Position numbers and translations under genes: made by a program
NCBI GenBank assembly: GCA_013115145.1
Contig: JAAPAO010000047.1
Span: forward strand, 40,425 to 104,424
Source of the DNA: Perkinsus chesapeaki ATCC PRA-425
Lineage: Eukaryota; Protista; Perkinsozoa
Length of the DNA: 64,000 nt
Reading direction: 5' to 3'
Shown here: positions 37,533-50,315 of the stretch, piece after piece
Layout of the letters: each line of letters begins with the position of its first letter
How positions within the stretch are numbered: the first letter of the stretch is position 1
The notes under the pieces: model-generated
Database searches by the model: none
What the model was told of the DNA's origin: nothing
What the model saw: the letters and a program-made list of their open reading frames with translations, nothing else

Positions 37533-39127
37533 ATGGCAACTCCCGAAAGTGAGGAAGGCGTTTCCGCTACAATTGCCGATGAGAGCCTCGATAGCGAGGA
37601 GTTCTTTGAAAAATACCCAACCTACGAAGACTACCTGGATGCACAGATCACTGCCAAGGATACGTAAGGGCTCTTACATCACAATCCCGCTGTGTGGAAG
37701 GCTCCCCGAATGTTAATCTCCAATTGAGTGGCGCTTAGTGAAACATTACAGCAAACTTCGCCTGGAATACTAACTTAGTATTCCAGGCAAAGGTCGCACT
37801 GAAATTTTCTGAGTGAATCGCCGGAAGAAATCGTGAATAAATCATCCCTGAAGCTATCAGTGTAGATGCCTACGGGTTTCCCCGTTAAGGCGCGTTGACC
37901 AAAGCGTTTCGAGCACCTCTGCGTTATTTCATTCTTTACTCGGCCCAGCCAGGGTCTCGTGTATAGGTTTTATCTTGGAGGCAGCGACCTTGCACGCCAG
38001 TTGGTAGAGCTCGGATGTAGGAGAGGAGAAGTAGGGCGCTCTGATGGGGAAGGCTCCTGATAGTATAAGGGAGTATTAGGTTCTATCTCGAGAAGAATTT
38101 AAGGAAAAACGGGAAACTGCTGAGCGAGAGCAGAGACGCCGACTCCAGAGTATGGTCAAGGTTTGTCATACATTCTGGCCCGATCAGCATGTCTGGGAGT
38201 TAGGTGCTCGCTTCAGCAGACAAGGACCTCACAGCCTTCCCGATGTTGAGGTAGGTAGACGTTACAGTTGAGAACTGGATAGTTCTGATAGACACTTGGC
38301 GGCTCGCGAAGAGATGGCTCGAAATGGGAAGATTGCCAGCATAATCTTCATCAGAGACAGAAACGCCAAAGGGCAGGAAATAAGCGGATATATAGATTAC
38401 GGACATCGACTGAAGACGGAGAACTTTGATGCATATTTCTCAAGTTAAGTCACTAAGGCATCGACGCTATTTCCGAACAGTCGTAGTTCACCTAGGAGCA
38501 GCTCAAAAGATAACTGTGGGAACGTGTCTTCCGAGATTGTCTTTTTAGGGCAGAAGCGTCTTCTGCCACGACCGACAGATCTTTGCTTTTATAACTGGGA
38601 GACGCAGAATTGTAGGTCATGGCGGTCTTGTGGAGTATAGGTCTTGGCTGAGGTACCGCTAACGAGAGCCCCAACTTCCAAGTTGTCCCAGACACAAAAA
38701 TGGGATTACTGTTTCGGGTAAGTCTAGGCGTTCTGCATCATGACTGCTCGACCCTGTCGATAATCGTGGACTTTCAGAACAAGAGAGATCGAAAGCTCAT
38801 CCACGTCAATCCAAAACATGATCCCGGCGACAACTCAAAGCGGCACGATGTCACGTAGGTGCCTTATCCCCAGCGCGGAGCCCGCCTGAGTCGCGTGTTG
38901 TCTCTCAAACCTTAGTAATGTTAGTGATATCCCGCAGTGACGAGTCTGTTGAGCTTTTTCAGAAAAAAAATATTTTTTTGCAAAATGTCCTTTAGAAATT
39001 TATTTTGACGTCAAGGCGCGCTTGTGACTGTAGGAATGTAGGCATGGCCAAACGGTGCTCATGCTTCAGAACCAGCGAGTACTTGCAAGTAGTCATCTTC
39101 GATCACATGCCGAGGCGAAAAGCATGA
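37533..39127 (+). CDS. CFAP299: Cilia- and flagella-associated protein 299 (C4orf22/DUF4464), multi-exon
   Basis: Exons read [109 protein letters not shown]|NKRDRK..PGDNS and [17 protein letters not shown]. All are characteristic C4orf22 motifs. Confidence 0.92.
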
Positions 39128-40436
39128 TGTGTTGGATAATATGTGCGCTCTCGGATAGACTGCCGTCGAGTTTGATGCTTCAATACTATTGGAGGGCTCG
39201 TGATACTAAGGCATGTTGCTTTCGTGGTATCTCTCGGGTTGCTTGCCAAGTCGCCCTCAACGCACTCTGCTGGCAGCTGAGTTCAAGCTTTGGACTCCAA
39301 TGTTGAGTATTGGCCTTCATAAGATAGACGATTCAGCGCGCGTGTATGACCGGAAAATGCGAGATTGTGGGCGGAGTCGTGAACTCGATACGCCGATTGA
39401 CCTATCCGATTGGCGACTCTGGTAACACAATGTCAAAGGCTTTATAAAGAATAATGCTTAGCGGGCAGGCAATAGAACGTCGAGGTACGATGGCTTAAGA
39501 TCTCGGAGGCAAGTAATTAAGCGTAAGTGAAGTAGGCCGTTAACTCCTAGCTTCTCACAAACAGCAAAGGCACAAGATCCTGGCGAAGCTTCTATTGTAG
39601 CTAATTAATCGTACGCAGCTAAATGTGGCCGACCAGAATCGATTCATATACAATATAGGAGGCAGTGTATACTCATTTTACTGTTCTAAACAGTAAAGTT
39701 AATGACCAAGGTGGGTTTCTGCCGGGAATCTGACAATGCTGCTTATGAGAAGTTGAAGTCATTGAAGTTCAGCGATTGAAATATACTTTGGAAGCTTCAA
39801 ATGTCTAAGTTGGGTCTCGCGTATCCAGCAAACCCCAAATCATAATCCGTGGGCGAAAACCTAGGATGCTGTTGACCTACGTGTTGACACTCTTCCTCTC
39901 GAGATTGTCGTCTCACACTCGCCGCGAACTTTGCCCGTTGGAGGAGTTCTGCTTCTCCCTACGTAACATTTTGTTCGACAGTCTCGACAGTTATAAAGAA
40001 TTGCATTAACGTGCTCAGTGACCGCCGCTCACCGACTAAACGCAAGAAGTACTTCAACAAGTAAATGCCCAGGATGAGAGAAGTTTATATGGAAAGTGTT
40101 TTATAGGGAAAAACCGTTGGCAAGAGGGCTTTATTCAGGGTTCGTCAAGCTGCGTCTCTTCTTCAAGAAGGCCTAATGGTGGTGATCTATCATGTGCCTG
40201 GCGTGGCTTTATCCCCTTCAAAAGAAAAGTTGATAGAATATTAACCTCAACTCAAGTCTAACTTTTCTGCGAAATGCCCTAGACTATAGAAAAAAAAACG
40301 AATCATATGCCGCATGAAAAGTTAAACAACGCACAATTGGTTGTAGTGAGTCAATTCGTTGAAAAAGCGAAGTAAATAAGGCCCGTTAGATCCCCAGCCG
40401 AGCGAGCTAAATGACCAACGAGGGGAGTTTCAACAG

Positions 40437-42750
40437 TTATTCAAGCCACTTCTGGATGACGCTACGTATCCTCTTCAAGACGTTCCTGATCGCGCACAAG
40501 AGAATCCCAATGCACACTTAGGATGACAGCAACCTTACTCGTCGTCCTCATTGCACCAGTAGCAATGTGATGCATCCCCCACCTGCATTCAATACAACAT
40601 CGTTTTCTTCACCTGCTCTTACCATTTGCACTTCAGGCCCTTCTCCTTCTTTGAAGATAGATGATGGATACCACGGATCAGCATCACCACTAATCGATAG
40701 TACTGTATATTAGTTGTATTGCGGAAGTCTCCAACATATTTTCTGAGTTCTTCGACTCCTTTGAGTGTCTTAAAAATAGTAAGCAATATCGAATTCACAA
40801 TACGAACCTCGTCTATGGATATTCCAAAGCCTTCTCGACATAACCAAGTTCTATAGTCAAGCCAACTATTTTCGATCCGCGTGAAGAAGGGGCACGTTGT
40901 AGAATTGCAGGTCGCAATTAGCCCTCTACTGGAACAGGCACGAAAATGATTCGGCCTCTCAAAGTCAGAAATCTTCTCGTCTTTTAACTTGAGTGCAAGC
41001 GAACCTCACGACTAAGACCAATTCTAGTTTTAAGACCGACTTAGCGAGTACTTCTTTTACTCTCGCGGCCAAGTCTCTTCTAAATTTACTGGGCTTGAAA
41101 ACTGTAGCCAGCATATCCAGTGGAGTTGCCCAGAATGAAAGCTTATCAATCAACAACAAAATTTCAACAAACTACCCTTCCGTAAGCTTCTTGCAGACCT
41201 TCTTCACCTTACAATATTCACCCTTACATAGCGGGTCATTGTTTTGTACTACCAAACCAGTGCTTTGACCAAGTAAAGTGCTAAACCAGGAAAAACTTTC
41301 CTATGAACCGCTCGTAAGTTGACAACTTGAAGTGAGCCCAGGAGCTCACAGAGTTGTCTGGGCTTCGCGAGTCTCCAAGTCCCCTTCATGTATATCAAAT
41401 GTCTTCTCGAGCTGTCGACGCCCTTCCGGTGAGGCTAACTTCTCGCCAATAGCCGAGTGCGCTTCCTTCAACTGCACAAAACTGTAAGCGTTTAAAAGTG
41501 GTGTGCTCTCACCGCTGAGAGACACTAAGTGCTCCCTCCCAATCCACGATTAGAGAAGTCCTTTCCCAGGACCTTGGTATACCTTAAAAAATATTGCGAT
41601 GAAATTACCCGTAGAGCAGAGTGTAGCGATGTCAATAGCGAAGAAACTTGACAGAGAGTATGAAAGATATGCTCAAAATGAACATGTTCGTTGTACATGG
41701 CCATACTCAGGATTCTCTAGTTGAAACTTCAGTGGAGCTGAAGACAGAATTGCCCCATCAAAGGTGAGTGGGTAATACTTTCGAGCCAAAGCTGCAACCG
41801 TCTGAAATAAGAAGCATCCAACGTATATGCATAAGACTCTTATGATAAGGGGATATCGGCTACTCCTCCAGCGCTGCACCCGAAAAGGATTATTCTTATT
41901 CCAGGCAAACTTGATTTGATATTCTGACCCACAACGACCACATCTTGGACCGACTGAGGTACCGTGAAAAGCTTCCTCAGCGTCCCCACTGAGAAATCCT
42001 TCTTAGGCCAGCTTGTACCGGTATACCTGTGGGCAACATCGAGGGGCTGGAAAGCACCTAATCGGCTTTTGCATGATGAATAAATACCTTTGCTCCACGA
42101 TGGCGATGCTAGCCCCGAGGTCCTTAGCAGCGCGTACTATGTCTTCTAAGGCACGTGTGAGGGGCATTATAGCATTAACCCCCAGGAACAATACCTAGGA
42201 AAATTGTAGTGGGCTGGACAAGATGAACGCTCCACAGTAGAGCCTCCAATCAAGTTCATACTGAACGTTTACTGCGGCAAGACTTGGTATGGCTTACCGG
42301 CTTCTTTGGATCATAGAAGTCATCATTTCTCATGACGTACATAACAAAAGTACCTCCTTTTTTACCTAAAATACCAGCCGAATACTCTGTACTATACAAG
42401 CACTAATTGTAAGTGTATAGTGTTGAGCACACCAGCTGTGAAGTATAGCAGACAGTCTGCTATGATAGCCGTCTGCTGCAGACTGCGTATAGAGACCACT
42501 CATACAGAGGATAGATTAGCTAGCAATTATGCCGTACCTTTTGAGTGGTCCACCGGACATTCCACAGTTTCCCCATACCAGCCACCTAAGCGTTGCGAGG
42601 ATCTCTCTGATGGATATCTGAGATTGCACAAGCAGGTTCCAGTAATAGGCAAACCCAAGCTCTGTCATTCACAGAGAATATGCTGGCCATATAGGCATAT
42701 ATTATAAGCTGCATCATCCACAGTCAACCATGACACACGGTGTTTATTTT
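40437..42750 (-). CDS. Serine peptidase family S28 (prolylcarboxypeptidase/thymus-specific serine protease-like), multi-exon; start approximate
   Basis: ASIAIVEQR|Y (cf. EHRYYG), nucleophile elbow IILFGCSAGG|TVAALARKYYPLTFDGAILSSAP, SISGDADPWY (catalytic Asp region), GDASHCY (His region), C-terminus IRSVIQKWLE*. Confidence 0.85.
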
Positions 42751-43024
42751 CAAAGGGCCTATCCCTTGTAGTTTTTTATTGCGAGAGAGTGAGGGCTGAA
42801 GACTCATACCATTCGAAAGCTCTCCTTGTAAGAGATGGCAGCGAACTGTGCCATGGAAGGAAGCGTCACGAAACAGGTGGCAGAGCTTAACTCCAGCTCT
42901 GCCACCAATGGTCTCCTGCAAGGAGAGTCTCCTTAGGAGACCATTGGTCACTGACCAAAGCGGCTCGATATACTTGATATGGCCCTTCTTGAATTAGCAC
43001 CCTGTATGAGGGGAGAATGCCTTA

Positions 43025-43900
43025 ATGATGCCCACGACTACCCGTCGAATGGCCACGTCTGATTATGCTGAGCCAATGAAGCCGAAATACAGTAAAGGAA
43101 GATCTGTAGACGCATTTCCTTCTTTTAACACTAACACATATGGTAAGACTAGAATGGGCAACCACACAAATCACCAGCAACCGCGAAGTGAACCGTCCCT
43201 CTCGGCATCTATCGCCACCCAATCCACGTTGTAGAGTCGGTGTGGTTTATGGAGCACCGCTCCGTGAACGTGAGCTATATTACCAGCAGCTGGCGCCGTT
43301 TGCCCTGCGCCACCTTGTTGAATGCTCTTTGGTAGTTTTTTTGTCACTTACGTTTTCGCGAACGCCTCGAGTCGATAATATTATCACCAATCTAGGCGAC
43401 GTTTCCTCGATTCTAATCGCTAGGGTGAATCTGATGGATCTGCTCCCTTTAGACGAGGTCCCTGGGCTCCCTGCCGACACAGGCTGGAGTGCAATTTTTA
43501 TACATCTCTCAAAAAAGCGCTCATCATTACTCTGACGGTGAGCATCCTCGCCTAGTCAGATCAATCGCATCGATGCTACCATTTCGGCTCGTCGATCAAT
43601 ATGGATTGCACAGTATGACTCGTGGTAATTTACGACCGGTGGAGACTCCGAGTCGGAGTGGGCCACCATCCTTTGGAATTCAAAGTTTGGATTTCTATTT
43701 TTTTGTGAAGCCTCTGTGATCCCACCGAATTCCGCATCAGGAAACACGCGGAAATTGCAGCGGCAGAACATAACGTACATACCTCAAGTCGGACATTTGG
43801 TTCGAGAGCCGATAAACCGAAGGAGCGAACTGATGCGAAATGCTCTATATGCGCGCAGGTCGGCGGCGTGACGTGAGAACTGTTGTAACCAATTCTGATC
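43025..43900 (+). CDS. Possible small hypothetical multi-exon gene
   Basis: MPTTTRRMATSDYAEPMKPKYSKG.. followed by exon-like GVVYGAPLRERELYYQQLAPFALRHL and DNIITNLGDVSSILIARVNLMDLLPLDEVPGLP. No family recognised. Confidence 0.3.
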
Positions 43901-44079
43901 GACGAGTCATTTCTCTGAAGTTAAGACTTAAGCGTATTTTTGTCGATTAGCAACCACCTTCACTGCCTTTCACATCGGTGGCGTTTCAGGAACCACGATT
44001 ATTATGTTTATACAGTACAAGTATACTCACATTCACTTCAATAATATTAGAACAGTAGAGTAAGATTCCTAGCGCTGTC

Positions 44080-46720
44080 TGCTATCTCGTTTAGTAATTC
44101 ACAGTGTGATCGAACACAAAGGTGGCGACTGTGGGCCTCTTAGAGCAGATGTCCATACCATAGATTGGTTCCTGACAGGAGCTTCCTGTGTGGAAAGAAC
44201 CTGAACTGGGCACTTCAGGTAATACTATAAAGAGAAATTACTACTAATAATACTAAGAAGCATCTACTTGGCAAACTGCTGCTTCTTGGATTCACCTCTA
44301 CCATTCTTCAATAAGAGCTCATCTAATGAGCCTGGTTCCTGGTAGGTAGGAAGTCAGGTGAAACGGTGGCATTGAATACCATTGGTATTACGCTTAGCGG
44401 AGCGAGATTGACAGAAGCTGTCCACAATCTGTTATTGCCGGAAGGAAGTCCTCGGATGGTGATGATTCTATGGATTCTCTGTTGGTCGTCCGAACTTCCG
44501 GAGCGAATAAGTTTTCCAGTTGGCACGCGTTATGGGTCAAAAAATATGGCGAAATTAAACTCCTTTACGACACTCAACTCAATAGCATAGCAATAGCATG
44601 AAAAGATAGTTGGGTAGACTCATTAAGTAGAGATACTTTGCCAGAGAAGAGGAGATTGGTCAACATCGCAGTGCTTGTGGGAGAATAAATCACCGATATT
44701 CTCTCGCAAGGACTAATCACTGTGAGTAACACATAATGTGTCGTCACAGTGCTCCTCTACTCGGCAATGAAAAAAATTGATAGTCAAGTGGTATGATTCA
44801 CTGCTACACTGTTGGCTTGGAGGGCTAGCTAAGCTGCAGTACCTTCGCGCACACACGCTTGTTGTGTGCGACGCACACTGTGCGTTGTCTACCTTTTGTC
44901 GCTTGGTCGTTCAAACATCACTTCTGCGCCGCAGAGTTCGACGGAACGCCTGGGCTCGAAGCCTGTTGCAGTCTTTCGCATTCTATAACAATGCTAGATG
45001 AGGGAATCCGCTGAAGTTCTAACATTTGGCCTACCTGTTTAGTAGTGACTCCATTTCGTTTTTCTTCCAGAGTCGAGAATCCAGGTCCTAGTGCATTACA
45101 GAACCACCACCGCTGATCGAGAGATACATTCTGGTTCGTTTTCAGCAAGATATTTCCTGGGTGGATCGACAGGGAGAGTTTTCGACATGCGGTAGGGCTG
45201 ATGAGCACATAATTGCTGTCTCCTGTTTATCCTCACTTCTCCGGGATCGTCTTGGTTTTTGCAGAACATCCTGATCTTCCCATCGTCGCCAGCGGCCATG
45301 AAGCCGCCCCTCGACCATAATATCATGAGACGATAGGCCCCTCTGTCGACATTATCGTCGTCATAACGTTGATGACAAACGTTTGCTAAAATGTCAGTAG
45401 CATCGCGTCGTGCTGTTGGATGGATGAAAGTCAGTCGCAATTTTTAGACGACTGTTCCATCCCTTGTAAACCGCTGGAATCATAAGAAACTGCTCGCCAT
45501 AAAATTTCCGATGCCACCGAGGACCGGTTGTGGCACGACATGAGCTAATGATTAGATACGAACTATAAGCTTGTGGTGAATAGCAAGAAATGAGGCACAG
45601 TGAATATCAGATCGAGCATATTAATAATGCCCTAGTTAGTTAGTTTAGTGCCAGCAGCAGGAATCCTGAGTTGCAACTCGAGTTTTTGTTGGCTGAAGCA
45701 CATCGGTCGTCACACAAAGTCTGTCCCGTTAAGGGAGGACAAGATAGGCTTGTGTCAGACAATACAAAAGACATTGCGCTTGAGCGTAGATTGATCGATA
45801 CTGAGCCACACGCTCAGCCTAGAGAAGCAGAACGTCTTCCATTCGTCCATAACCGATCGTGAGTCGGGCCCACTGGGTCGCACGAGTGGAAATATGTGTC
45901 ACACTGCGTGAAGGCTGATGGGCGGAGCAGTTAGTTTCAGTTGCTTGAAAGAGAGGTTAGAAGCTTCTCATATTCGTTCTCTTGATGATTGCTGAGAATA
46001 CAATAGTTGGTGTGTGGAAGCTGAGTTTATGGTCAGACTGACCACTGAGTTTATGGTCAGCGTTGGCGATAGCTGCGATGGAAGGAAGAGCAGTTGCAAC
46101 AGTTGTAGATTCTAGTCTAGTAACTTCTCCTCTAGTAATACTAGACAAGAAGTTTCGGTTAAGGGTGCGCGCCATTGAGACGCATGTGTGCCACCACGCG
46201 TGTGCATGACGGTCTCGTGGATTTCCGCGAAGACGAAATTGTGATGGGGAGTTTGCGAGCAGTTGATCGTAGGCCACCGCCGAAGGCTCCGGAAGAAAAT
46301 GTGGGCATTTTTGAGAACGTAGTGCTGACAGACCCGCCTCACGGTGCCATGGTATTAGGAGTATAATATCATCGTGCATAGCGCGCTTAAGAAGCGCCGC
46401 TTATAGGCTGCTGGCCCTTCGAGTAATAGTGGCGACGTATTCGAGACTAATCAAAGCATAATTGTTCGATCTCAATTGTTCAACAATGTTCAACAATGTT
46501 CGAAATGTTCAGCGAGTAAACTACCACAGGTATTCTGAATACCGTATACCTGGATGCTCGTCGACGAAAAGTTTTCGTCGAAAACACGGAGTATAATGGG
46601 GGTTGACCAACTTTTACGAGTTCTGGACTCGGTGAACCGGCGGCGTTATTAATTGCCCATTGTCGCTGCGCTGCAAAAGATAGTGGAGGGAAGCTATCTG
46701 CATGCCATTGGCGTGAGCTC
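44080..46720 (-). pseudogene. CFAP57/WDR65-like WD40 gene fragments, probably truncated or decayed
   Basis: TRALAVSSTANVIAVS (~46700), ILWSRGGFMAAGDDGKIRMFCKNQDDPGE (~45300) and IYGMDICSKRPTVATFVFDHT (~44130; cf. CFAP57 ITGLDVCIRKPLIATCSLD) occur in the expected order. I found no downstream WD or coiled-coil half. Confidence 0.45.
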
Positions 46721-47554
46721 ACTGCTATTACATTTGCTGTGCTGCTCACTGCTAGGGCGCGAGTCTGCATCTTCAGATACGTCGAGAAAGGTTACAAAGC
46801 AGACTGATGGAAATACTGGAAGCTCCAGTCTGGAACGCGCTGGTTATAGAGGCCCTCCAGAGCAACGTTTTACGTTTTTCTGTTCATACTATGAGCTTCG
46901 TAGTTTAAATATCTGTGTCTGCCCTGCAGGGTTTCGCGTTACCCTGAATAATTTCATGCAAAACGCAACTAACCGCTAGTAGCGGCTCGCTACTGTTCAG
47001 CAGTAACCACTGTATGCTGGAGAGGTGCGCATTATAGATCGCTCTCAGTGTTGCTATACTGAAATTTCAAATTGTACAGATGTACAATCCGCTTCCCTGA
47101 AGAATTGATCGCTCCAACCGAACGCGACCCAACTTGCTCAAACGGAAATGCCTATATGGCGAAGCTTGAACTGAGGCTACTGACACCAGAATGGATCTCA
47201 AGTTGCACCCCAATGGCAGTGAGTCGTTGCCACTGTAACCTCTTTCCGTTGCAGTGAGGGCTGCCTTGAGTATATCTAGGCCTTACCAAGGCCGTCATAG
47301 AGATGAAATGATAACAATACGCATGTTATCCTATCATATCTTTATACATATCTAGTAGCGGATACACGTTTGTTCATAGACTCAGGTGCGAAACACCGGT
47401 TGATCTAGACTATCACTGAAATCGTTGACGCGGACAATGATTAATATAGAGTTCCAACAATGGCTTGTCAATAGCAAAAAAGAAGTACATGGATTAGTGG
47501 TTTGTCGGAAGCATAATATCAGCGATATTATGTGATATTATATCACAAGATAAG

Positions 47555-48445
47555 TTATACGGATATAACCTCAGAAATGTAAGTGTACGGGAAATGGAAA
47601 GTGCTTATGGGAGTCTTGATGAAGATATCCGCCTTCCCAAGGAGAGCCCACTTGTGAAAGTCATTCTTCACAGTGTGAAGGCTTAACTCAAGAGATGCAC
47701 CGCCACTAGCTTCAAACGGAACACCCGGAATAGCCTTTTCATAAGAAGCCGACATGTTAAAGCCGAGATTGAACTGTTTACCGGCAAAAACGTCGCTTGA
47801 CTGAACCGGAACACTCTCCACGTCCATAACCAGATAGCCATATGCATACAACTTGATGTGGACATTGGATACAAATGAGTTGCGCATGATGCCTAGCTGA
47901 CCAAGGTTATAAAGCTCCTCAACATGGGTAGCAAGGAAGATTGATACCGCAGCTTTGTTCTTATTGCCATAAGAGAGCAGTTCAGCGTGACCTTCAGCGT
48001 CAACGTCGAGCTTCTGCACCTCTTCATCTTCATAGACAGCTTTGAGACCAACAGCTGTACTCTCGTTCGGGTTGAATATGTCAAAGAAGTCGACAACAGC
48101 GTGAACACGTGTTTCTTTAGTTGTGTCATCAGTTGCTTTGTTTTGTCCTTGAAGTGAGCCGTGGAAGCAATAAGGATAACTTTCATTCCGGCTGGTTGGG
48201 GTACAATTAGCCGGGAATGAGAAAGTGTCATTGGACGACACTGAAGCTTGTTGGACATCTCCGTGGAAAGAGGCAACTCGTTTCTCATTTACTTTCTTGT
48301 TTTCAGCCTCCGCTTCCTTGAGAGTTGCGATCAGGTCGGACAATATATCATCATCGACGTTGAACAAAGAGCTTTGACTTGGACGATTCTGGATTATGGC
48401 GACCGAGGTCGTTGAGCAGGAAATGATAAGTAAAGTTACCTTCAT
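47555..48445 (-). CDS. Intronless 296-aa putative secreted beta-rich protein (same orphan family as the C-terminal domain of 16719-18371)
   Basis: Uninterrupted ORF with signal-like MKVTLLIISCSTTSVA, a Cys pair (NCTPTSRNESYPYCF), several N-glycosylation sequons and an amphipathic beta C-terminus. Confidence 0.8.
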   Translation of the reverse strand: MKVTLLIISCSTTSVAIIQNRPSQSSLFNVDDDILSDLIATLKEAEAENKKVNEKRVASFHGDVQQASVSSNDTFSFPANCTPTSRNESYPYCFHGSLQGQNKATDDTTKETRVHAVVDFFDIFNPNESTAVGLKAVYEDEEVQKLDVDAEGHAELLSYGNKNKAAVSIFLATHVEELYNLGQLGIMRNSFVSNVHIKLYAYGYLVMDVESVPVQSSDVFAGKQFNLGFNMSASYEKAIPGVPFEASGGASLELSLHTVKNDFHKWALLGKADIFIKTPISTFHFPYTYISEVISV

Positions 48446-48484
48446 GCTCGAGATGGGACTCTACAATAAGAGAAAGCCTGCAAC

Positions 48485-49504
48485 CAAATGTGGAAACACG
48501 CACTCGAGGGGAGACGCAGAGCCCCAAGGGACGAGAGGCAGGATCCTATTTTGAATCTCTCATTGGGGAGTATTCCGACAATCGAAACCGCCCGCTAAAG
48601 ATTGTGACCGCGAGGGTTTTTTGAACGTACCCCCATGTCCGGCTCCGGAGACACTTAGATCATCGAGGATTGGCCACACAGCAAATACAAATTGATGGTT
48701 ACTCATCAAGAATACCACTAGGTGCACAGTGTAGATGATGAACCACGAATGCGCCGAGAGCTTCGGCATAGAACAGGTGGAATTGTGCTCTCCGAGCCTC
48801 TGTTTGTGTTAGACAACTAATGGCGCCACCATAATGATTATGGAGCTCTCACTGGTGGTGACGTAGAGATTATCGATTTCAAGATCGGGACGATAGATGG
48901 ACAGTATACCTGAATGTGTGTCGATTTGTAACTCTTGAGCATGTCACCCTGGAATGAACGATCCGGCTCCGTTCTCGTAGCCACGACGGGTGCGGAAATC
49001 GTTTTCGGGCTGATAGGATAGCGGAATTAGGTAAGAGCCGATTGTGAAAGCATAATTCGGTCTCGTCGTACCCTGCAAGCAAATGTGGAAACACGCATTC
49101 GAGGGAAGACGCACAGCCCCAAGGTGATAGAGGCGGAGACCTATCAAGGATCTCTCATTGAGAAATATTCCGAATGGGTAATTCGGAAGTAAAATCTATA
49201 TCAGGTGGTGAAAATTGTGACCGCGAGGGTCTTTGTACTCATGCCTATGTCCCGCTTCTAAGGCACTTAGATCCTTGAGGATTGGTCACACAGCAAATAC
49301 AAATTGATAATCACTCATCAAGAATACCACGAGATGCGCAGTGAAGATGATGAAGCACGAATGCGGCGAGGGCTTCGGCATGGAATTGGTGTATTTGTGC
49401 TCTCAGAGCCTCTGTTTGCGTTAGACAACCAATGGCGCCGCCATAATGATTATGGCGCTCTCACTGGTGGTGACGTAGGGATTATCGATGTCAAGATCGG
49501 GACG
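48485..49504 (+). repeat. Diverged tandem duplication (~410-425 bp units, ~595-bp period) of a decayed coding fragment
   Basis: Units 48485-48892 and 49080-49504 align. Both translate as ..HSKYKL(M/I)(V/I)THQEYH..RMRR(E/G)LRH..LSEPLF(V/A)LDN..HNDYGALTGGDV(E/G)IID(F/V)KIGT. Unit A has in-frame stops. Confidence 0.85.
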
Positions 49505-49839
49505 GCGTCCCGATCCGGGACCGTCCCGGGGACGGTAGTAGGGATATAGCAGTATCAGACGCCAGCCATCAGTAAAGTTCCCAGTCGCCAGCCATGTGGA
49601 TAGCGTAGGAAAGTAGTTTGCCCTGTATAATTCACACAAGACATATGGAGTCTTTCCTGTCTATTGCACAATTGTCGCATGATCGTATCACTAGCAGTCT
49701 GATTGTGATACGACAATAGGCACCAAAGTGCAGTAAAACTAGGAGGGAGGCAACATCATCGGAGCTCGATATATAGTGGAGCTATGGAAGCGTAGACTCG
49801 AGAAACTGTACTTTAAACTGAATTGAATTCGTTCATGCG

Positions 49840-50105
49840 TACAAACTGGGTCACTTGGGTTGCCACTAACCCAGTTTTACTGCATTGGCTTCTTTCGACG
49901 AAGCAAAGAACCCTTCAGTGCTGTACGGAAAGAACAGTGGACTATTAGACGGCCAGAAGCTTACGATGATTGCCTTCGAGATGAGGGGCTTTTCGGGAGG
50001 ATTCTGTGCCGGTCACTCGGTATTTCGAGTACCCTTCCTCAGTTGCGGTGCTGCAATCCCATATGATATTATATATTTTCGTGAAGGTGCTGATGGCTTT
50101 TCTAC
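49840..50105 (+). repeat. ~260-bp dispersed repeat, copy B
   Basis: Aligns to 37137-37390; open in the frame of ORF 49885-50400. Confidence 0.85.
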
Positions 50106-50315
50106 TGTAGTAAGAGTTCAGCAGTCTCTTTTGAGCTACGCATCGTTGGAGATCTCTCAACGATTCAGCGTAGTTGAGCTGCTGAACTTCAGCATCGCTT
50201 ATCATGTCGCGACTTGGCAACGAGGACGCACGGACATTCGATCAACTCGGAACTTGCGCGTTAACTTGTCGAACTTGCATGGGAAAAAGTGTCGAGGCGT
50301 TGGTGGCAATCAAAA

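Noticed and set aside
39430-40300. Possible decayed coding or transposon sequence between CFAP299 and the S28 peptidase
   Set aside because: No open frame of useful length and no transposase or RT motif recognised.
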